From assembly GCA_004524445.1 (NCBI GenBank), contig SDNP01000014.1:9013-73012 (forward strand): a DNA stretch of 64,000 bases. Reading direction: 5' to 3'. The position numbers and the translations under genes were made by a program. This document shows, one piece after another, positions 58,616-64,000 of the stretch (position 1 is the first letter of the stretch; each line of letters starts with the position of its first letter). Under the pieces are notes generated by a model. It was not told the origin of the DNA and did no database searches. It saw only the letters and a list, made by a program, of their open reading frames with translations. The DNA comes from Candidatus Thorarchaeota archaeon (GTDB lineage Archaea > Asgardarchaeota > Thorarchaeia > Thorarchaeales > Thorarchaeaceae).

Positions 58616-59899
58616 ATGAAGAAGGCAGCAATTCTCGCGGCAGGCGATTCCACTAGAATGCGTCCACTTTCGAGTAATCGTCCCAAGCATCTATTGCCAA
58701 TTGCAGGGAAACCCCTCCTTTTTCACACGCTAGATGCTCTGAAAGATGCCGGTATGGAGGAGGTCCTCGTTGTATACGGATATGAAGGGCAAGCACTGAG
58801 GGATGCCATTGATGCCCGCGACTGGGGACAAATGAGGATTTCATATATCCGTCAGGACAAAAGAATGGGAACTGCCCACGCAGCAGGACATGCACAGAAA
58901 TTTGCTGAAGATGATCATATCCTTCTCATGTATGGTGATGTCTTGGTAGGACCGGAAACCTACACGAAATTGATTGACCAGCACAAGCAGACCAATGCAA
59001 ATCTCACTCTGACAGTCTATCCTGTTGAAGATCCTGCTGCATATGGAGTTGTATCTGTTGAGGGCAAGAAAGTCAAAGATTTGATAGAGAAACCCAGAGA
59101 AGACCAGATGGTCAGCAATTTAGTAAATGCGGGTATTTATGCTGTTGGGCCAGAACTGTGGGAAGCCATCGCAAAGACTAAGAAGTCTGACCGTGGAGAA
59201 TATGAGATTACAGACTCAATCATGATGCTTGTACACATGGGTAAAGTAGGAGCCTTCACCATCGAGAATTGGTGGATTGATGTGGGAAAGCCCTGGGACC
59301 TGCTTGAGGCTAATGAGATAATCATGAAGAACGCATTGCGTGCAGTTGCGGGCAAGCTTGAGGACGGAGTCACTATCAAGGGCGATGTGGTGGTTGACCC
59401 CAGTGCACATATCAAGAGTGGAGCATACATCGAAGGACCTGTGTATATTGGACCAGAGTGTGTCGTCGGTCCAAATTGCTATATCCGGGCATATACGGCC
59501 CTAGTGGCGCGAGTTAAAATAGGTAACGCTGTAGAAATAAAGAACTCTATAATAATGGAGAACACAAATATTGGGCACCTCTCTTATGTAGGGGACTCAA
59601 TAATTGGCAGAAACTCGAATTTTGGAGCTGGAACCATTACTGCAAACTTGCGTCACGATGACCAAACTGTAAGAGTGGCTGTGAAGGAAGAAAGAGTGGA
59701 TTCTGGTAGAAGGAAGCTGGGAGCAATCATCGCAGATGATGTTAAGACAGGTATCGGTACTTCAATCGCTCCAGGAGTTGTCATGGCTACGGGTGCAAGG
59801 ACAGGAGTAGGGACAATAGTGGAGAGAGACGTCCCAGAGAACGTCCTTGTCAGGCCAAAACAGAAGACTGAAACTGTTCATCTCAACCCAAAGGATTGA
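58616..59899 (+). CDS. glmU: Bifunctional sugar-1-phosphate nucleotidylyltransferase/acetyltransferase (GlmU-like)
   Basis: ILAAG.STRMRPL..RPK, EKP, SDRGEYEITD, left-handed beta-helix, ANLRHD, GRRKLGA. Confidence 0.9.
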   Translation: MKKAAILAAGDSTRMRPLSSNRPKHLLPIAGKPLLFHTLDALKDAGMEEVLVVYGYEGQALRDAIDARDWGQMRISYIRQDKRMGTAHAAGHAQKFAEDDHILLMYGDVLVGPETYTKLIDQHKQTNANLTLTVYPVEDPAAYGVVSVEGKKVKDLIEKPREDQMVSNLVNAGIYAVGPELWEAIAKTKKSDRGEYEITDSIMMLVHMGKVGAFTIENWWIDVGKPWDLLEANEIIMKNALRAVAGKLEDGVTIKGDVVVDPSAHIKSGAYIEGPVYIGPECVVGPNCYIRAYTALVARVKIGNAVEIKNSIIMENTNIGHLSYVGDSIIGRNSNFGAGTITANLRHDDQTVRVAVKEERVDSGRRKLGAIIADDVKTGIGTSIAPGVVMATGARTGVGTIVERDVPENVLVRPKQKTETVHLNPKD

Positions 59900-59909
59900 G
59901 GAGGCGACA

Positions 59910-61436
59910 TTGGTATCCGATTTAGTTCGTGAGTATAATACGGTAATTAAAGACCGGAATGATGTTAATCTATCATTCGGCTTTGCATATCCGTCCACAT
60001 ATAGAGCAGGCATGACTAGTCTCGCAACCCATCTTTTCTATTTTCTAATCAACTCGAGGCCAGATGCATCTTGTGAGAGATATTTCCGTTTTCAAGTCCC
60101 CTCGCCTGCGGAGTCTGTTGAGTCTGGCAGATCTCTACGTGATAATCACATCATAGGATTCTCCCTGACATATGAAGAGGACATCATAAATATCATTCAA
60201 ATGCTAAGGGCAGGAAGGGTACCCATAGAAAGCAAAAATCGTACAGACCAGGACCCCGTAGTTATCGCGGGGGGACCTGCGTCTAGTGCAAATCCAGAAC
60301 CATATGCTCAGTTTTTTGATGCATTTGTTATCGGAGAAGGAGAATACGTCATTAATGATATTCTGGACATGTCATCGAAATCGAACTCTCGGGAAGATGT
60401 AATTGAGAATTTCGCTCATTTAGAGGGAGTCTATGTCCCCAGCATTACCCAAGGCTCCGTTTCTAGGCAGATAGTTGCAAATCTGAATGATTCATTTCAT
60501 CCGACTGCACAAATCGTACCTGATGTTCCAGAAGATTCGACACATGCACCAGTATTTGGGCGCTCACTTCTGGTTGAAGTGAGTCGCGGGTGTGGTCATA
60601 GTTGCAAGTTCTGTCTTGTTGGACATGTATGCAAGCCAAGACGAATACGTTCAACAAGTCGACTGAAAGAGATTATATCAGAGGGTATGCAGAAGACGCC
60701 GATAGAAAAGGTTGCGCTAATTGCATCGTCCCTGGGAGAAGGTGATAATCTTGCCGAGATCGCCAAATGGATAGTCGACCAAGGACTCAAACTATCTGTG
60801 CCTTCAATGCGTGCTGATGCGGTCAGTGAAGACATCCTGCTTGCGTTGAAAGAGGGGGGCCAACGCACCCTCACAATCGCTCCTGAGGCGGGTTCAAGCA
60901 GACTTCGCCAGGAGATTGGAAAAGGATTGAGCGATGAAGAAATCAACAGAGCTGTTTTCTTAGCTGACAAGATAGGGATGTACGCTGTGAAGGCTTACTT
61001 CATTATTGGACTCCCCGAAGAGTCTGATGAAGACATAGATGCAATTGGGAAGATGATGAAAGATTTTGCAAATGCTTCTAATCTAAAACTGACCGCCAGT
61101 GTCAATCCATTTGTCCCAAAAGCCCATACCAAATGGCAGAGGCACGCACAACCTACCCTTCCCTCTTTACGTAGAAAAATCAAATTGCTTCAACACAGTC
61201 TCAATAATATTCCAAGAGTGGATCTAGAAACGCTTGATCCGCGAAAGGCGCGCATTCAAGCGGCTCTTTCTTTAGGAGACCAGTCCTTAGGTGCAGTGAT
61301 TGCACGAGCCAGCGAATATGGTGGGCTAGGTGGGTGGCGAAGAGCAGAAAAGGAAACAGGTGTTGAATTCTTTTCTGTTGCAAATGATGCCGAACGATTG
61401 AAGGGTGAGCTTCCGTGGAGCTTTATCAAGGCCTAA
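59910..61436 (+). CDS. Radical SAM protein with an N-terminal B12-binding-like domain (TTG start after GAGGAGG)
   Basis: YPSTYRAGMTSL, IAGGP, IGEGE, EVSRGCGHSCKFC, TIAPEAGS, FVPKAHT. Confidence 0.88.
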   Translation: MVSDLVREYNTVIKDRNDVNLSFGFAYPSTYRAGMTSLATHLFYFLINSRPDASCERYFRFQVPSPAESVESGRSLRDNHIIGFSLTYEEDIINIIQMLRAGRVPIESKNRTDQDPVVIAGGPASSANPEPYAQFFDAFVIGEGEYVINDILDMSSKSNSREDVIENFAHLEGVYVPSITQGSVSRQIVANLNDSFHPTAQIVPDVPEDSTHAPVFGRSLLVEVSRGCGHSCKFCLVGHVCKPRRIRSTSRLKEIISEGMQKTPIEKVALIASSLGEGDNLAEIAKWIVDQGLKLSVPSMRADAVSEDILLALKEGGQRTLTIAPEAGSSRLRQEIGKGLSDEEINRAVFLADKIGMYAVKAYFIIGLPEESDEDIDAIGKMMKDFANASNLKLTASVNPFVPKAHTKWQRHAQPTLPSLRRKIKLLQHSLNNIPRVDLETLDPRKARIQAALSLGDQSLGAVIARASEYGGLGGWRRAEKETGVEFFSVANDAERLKGELPWSFIKA

Positions 61437-61523
61437 AGAAAGGACACCATCAAATGGATTATAAGAGCTAACAAAGAATTCTGTTACAGAAACGCCACGA
61501 CTGAAATTGCTTCGTGCAGTCGG

Positions 61524-61922
61524 GTGAAACCTATGGATATAGATGAAAACTTCAGGCAGTTGTATCCCGCTATTGCAGAAGAGCTGGAAACACCAGATGC
61601 TAAGAAATTAAAAATTGACGGGGTTCGTAATGTGTCAGATCCACCAAAAAGACCGGTAAAAAAGCAAACCTTTGTTCCGAACGTTGTTGATTATATTAGA
61701 AGATGCGATACTGTTTCGCAAGCAGTAGAGATAGTAGACTATCTGAATAATCAAGGGGAGATTACAAGTGGGGAGGCTCGTGCGATTAAGAGACAACTGA
61801 AGTCGGAGGGGCTACGAAGCTTTGGCACAAAGAAGGAGAAGGATTACTACCTAAAACATGGTTTGGAACAAGAAGACAAGGATGAAGAGGAGGAAGACCA
61901 GGACAAATATCCTGAGATTTAG
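61524..61922 (+). CDS. DUF2095 family protein
   Basis: YPAIAEEL, PNVVDYIRRCDT, GEIT, GLRSFGTKKEKDYY. Confidence 0.85.
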   Translation: MKPMDIDENFRQLYPAIAEELETPDAKKLKIDGVRNVSDPPKRPVKKQTFVPNVVDYIRRCDTVSQAVEIVDYLNNQGEITSGEARAIKRQLKSEGLRSFGTKKEKDYYLKHGLEQEDKDEEEEDQDKYPEI

Positions 61923-62291
61923 ACTTCTGGTCTTGAATATTGATATTTTTGATACTGACTGGCAAAAGGATTGATTGAGAGTCATATATGCCCTAAATGG
62001 TCTTCAAGCATTACCGGAGGACCATCTTCAAGAGGGTTTCTTGCCCCATCCAATAATCTACCTAGAACTTAAGTTGATACTGTCAGCTTCATGTACTTCC
62101 TGTAAAGCGCATAGAAGTGACTTCGGTAACCAGTCTGCTGGTACCTTCGAATACTTGGATTATGGCTTTGCCCCTACCTGTTTCAAGTAGAGTACCCGAC
62201 AGAATCTTACCATTGCTTGCCTCAATTTTCACCACCTCGTTTTAACCAACATCATGGGTACTTTCTAGGATGAGAAGAGATTCACTGAATC

Positions 62292-62807
62292 CTAAATCAT
62301 GCTTGAAAAATGAAAGAAAACAAGGACTGGAGAGAGAATCAGACTGCGTGTTATGAGGGCCTCGCCCTTGTTCTTTAGGTCCTTAGATGAGGGGGTGAAG
62401 TAGAGTATAGCTCCCGCGAGTATTAAAACAGCAAAGAGGGCATCTCCTATCATCAAGATTAGGCTAAGTATGTCTAGGTCTCCGATGCCGAATAGGCCTC
62501 GCCATGCCACTTCTGCCTTCTCTGAATCAATAGGCCCAAGCCCTGCAGCATTCATCATGTAGGCTACCACGAATGGACCTAGAAAATACAGGGAAATACC
62601 AGCAATTACCAAGCCTTTGGCAGTTCCATCTCCCAGTGATGTCGCATAAAGCATCATTCCAGCAAGAATGAAAATTATGTAGCCCCTCACAGAGAGAGCA
62701 TAGAGTGTATGCAGTATCCCATCCAGCATATCAAGATATGATGGTACAGCTATCTCTTCGAAAGGGATTTGCATGATTACAGCTGCTGCGCCAATTTGGG
62801 CTCTCAT
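62292..62807 (-). CDS. Four-TM membrane protein built from two pilin-like hairpin repeats
   Basis: ILAGMMLYAT..AKGLVIAGI and ILAGAILYFT..KGEALI repeats. Confidence 0.7.
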   Translation of the reverse strand: MRAQIGAAAVIMQIPFEEIAVPSYLDMLDGILHTLYALSVRGYIIFILAGMMLYATSLGDGTAKGLVIAGISLYFLGPFVVAYMMNAAGLGPIDSEKAEVAWRGLFGIGDLDILSLILMIGDALFAVLILAGAILYFTPSSKDLKNKGEALITRSLILSPVLVFFHFSSMI

Positions 62808-62831
62808 GTAAGTACATTTCTTCCGGATGTT

Positions 62832-63389
62832 TTAATCTCCACCAAGCCTGTGTTTTAGATTCATAAGATCCTCTCTAAGGCGTTGCTTATACTCTGGAAA
62901 ACGGAGGGCAGCTGCAGGATGATAGGTGATGAAAAATGTTCTATCATCCGTCTTATGAAAAGTCCCATGGTAGTCCAAGAGTCTTCTGTTACCGATAACA
63001 CTTGATACAGCCACACCACCCAGCAATGCAATAAATTGTGGATCTATTAGCTCGATTTGACGATGGAGATATGGAAGACATGCATTGATTTCATTTTTTC
63101 TTGGTTGTCTGTTGTTGGGAGGATGTGATTTGAGGACAGAGGTGATATATACTTCATCTCTGGGAATGCCTGCTTCCTCAAGCATTTCTGTTAGAAGCTG
63201 ACCTGATCTTCCCACAAATGGTCTACCAGTTTCGTCTTCTCTTGCACCTGGTGCCTCACCAACAAACATCACCTCTGCATCTATTGGCCCTTCGCCCGGC
63301 ACTGCATTCTTTCTGGACTTATGTAGAGGGCATTTCTTACAGTTTCTAATTTCCTTGTAGAGTAATTCAAGTTTTTCAGCGGTGCTCAT
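62832..63389 (-). CDS. udg: Family 4 uracil-DNA glycosylase
   Basis: CKKCPL, VGEAPG, GRPFVGRSG, PPNNR and YHPAAAL motifs. Confidence 0.95.
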   Translation of the reverse strand: MSTAEKLELLYKEIRNCKKCPLHKSRKNAVPGEGPIDAEVMFVGEAPGAREDETGRPFVGRSGQLLTEMLEEAGIPRDEVYITSVLKSHPPNNRQPRKNEINACLPYLHRQIELIDPQFIALLGGVAVSSVIGNRRLLDYHGTFHKTDDRTFFITYHPAAALRFPEYKQRLREDLMNLKHRLGGD

Positions 63390-63477
63390 GATATCTCCTA
63401 CTACTTCTTATGAGATAAAAAGACACATGTCATTAACTCAACCTCTATTTGGAGTTAGATGGCATCCATATTTTCGT

Positions 63478-63750
63478 TATAGATATCCCAAATAGCAATC
63501 GTCATACGGAGAATATTGTCCAAAACTGAGAAATCGCCGCCATGTAGCGAAACCGCTCCATAGATTGAGATTGCCCCCAACCATTCATCTGAGCCAAGTA
63601 CCCCCACATTCAATATACAATACTACCTGAGCATCAGCCCACTTTGCAAACTGATGACGAGTAACAGTTTTTCCTGTTTGAAACCGCTACATACCGCTCC
63701 CGCTCCTTCCTTTGCCATTGGCGTGAACATATCAATGACCATTTGCCCCA
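63478..63750 (-). pseudogene. atpA: Degenerate, internally deleted fragment of A/V-type ATP synthase subunit A
   Basis: GQMVIDMFTPMAKEG...GF/(frameshift)[25 protein letters not shown] joined to [29 protein letters not shown]. Confidence 0.8.
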
Positions 63751-63814
63751 CAAATTACGCAACTTTGCATTGCACCAGAAGGCATCTGCGAATCGTCCGA
63801 GGCGTTTTTGATGA

Positions 63815-64000
63815 TTAGGACTTAAACTGAGAAATGATGTCGTCTTCAGTGACGTGAGTCCAACAATAGATGCATTTCAATTTAACCGGATCTCGGGACA
63901 GAACCTTATATTTTGCCGATACGGGCTCGCGTTCTTTGTTAGTCACACAGCGTTTATTCGGACAGACGATGACATTTGTTATTTCATCAGGCAGCTCTAC
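63815..64000 (-). CDS. pyrI: Aspartate carbamoyltransferase regulatory chain, 3' part (runs off the window)
   Basis: VELPDEITNVIVCPNKRCVTN..EPV...LKCIYC zinc domain. Confidence 0.92.
   Translation of the reverse strand, partial: VELPDEITNVIVCPNKRCVTNKEREPVSAKYKVLSRDPVKLKCIYCWTHVTEDDIISQFKS

Noticed and set aside
61925-62290. 71-aa ORF 61975-62190 and the surrounding intergenic sequence
   Set aside because: No recognisable motif or SD in the frames I examined; could be decayed sequence but cannot be supported

Overview
Archaeal chromosomal window. The gene content points to Asgard archaea, probably Thorarchaeia: a ribophorin-I homologue, eukaryote-like RPA32, Nmd3/Rio1/Dim2 and a NosD-type surface protein. 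This assignment is inference, not a database result. Most of the window is housekeeping: the L11-L1-P0-L12 operon, thiL, mobB, gcvPA/PB, Trm112, AglH, topoisomerase VI, a translation/ribosome-biogenesis cluster, Fen1, Cdc48, Hef, GlmU, UDG and the 3' end of pyrI. Four tRNA genes were read from the sequence. Three are interrupted: Arg-TCT at 37/38, Thr-CGT in the variable loop and Leu-GAG at 53/54; Gln-TTG is uninterrupted. An accessory tract (~5.7-21.2 kb) begins at tRNA-Arg and shows insertion scars: a tRNA 3'-end fragment at 12178-12201 and a 109-bp diverged direct repeat. Four observations stand out. (1) A SAMP/Urm1-like ubiquitin-fold domain with an internal Gly-Gly is fused in frame to a tRNA methylthiotransferase, in an operon with an LpdD/PAC4-like protein and gcvP. 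(2) A ribophorin-I homologue carries a DOMON-like domain with an inserted FKBP prolyl isomerase and sits divergent from AglH/Alg7. (3) A 1927-aa single-pass protein has an extracellular gingipain/C25-like protease and a cytoplasmic alpha-solenoid, and lies on a tRNA-anchored islet. (4) A tandem triplet of small winged-helix proteins follows a structured leader. All family assignments come from motif recognition by eye.
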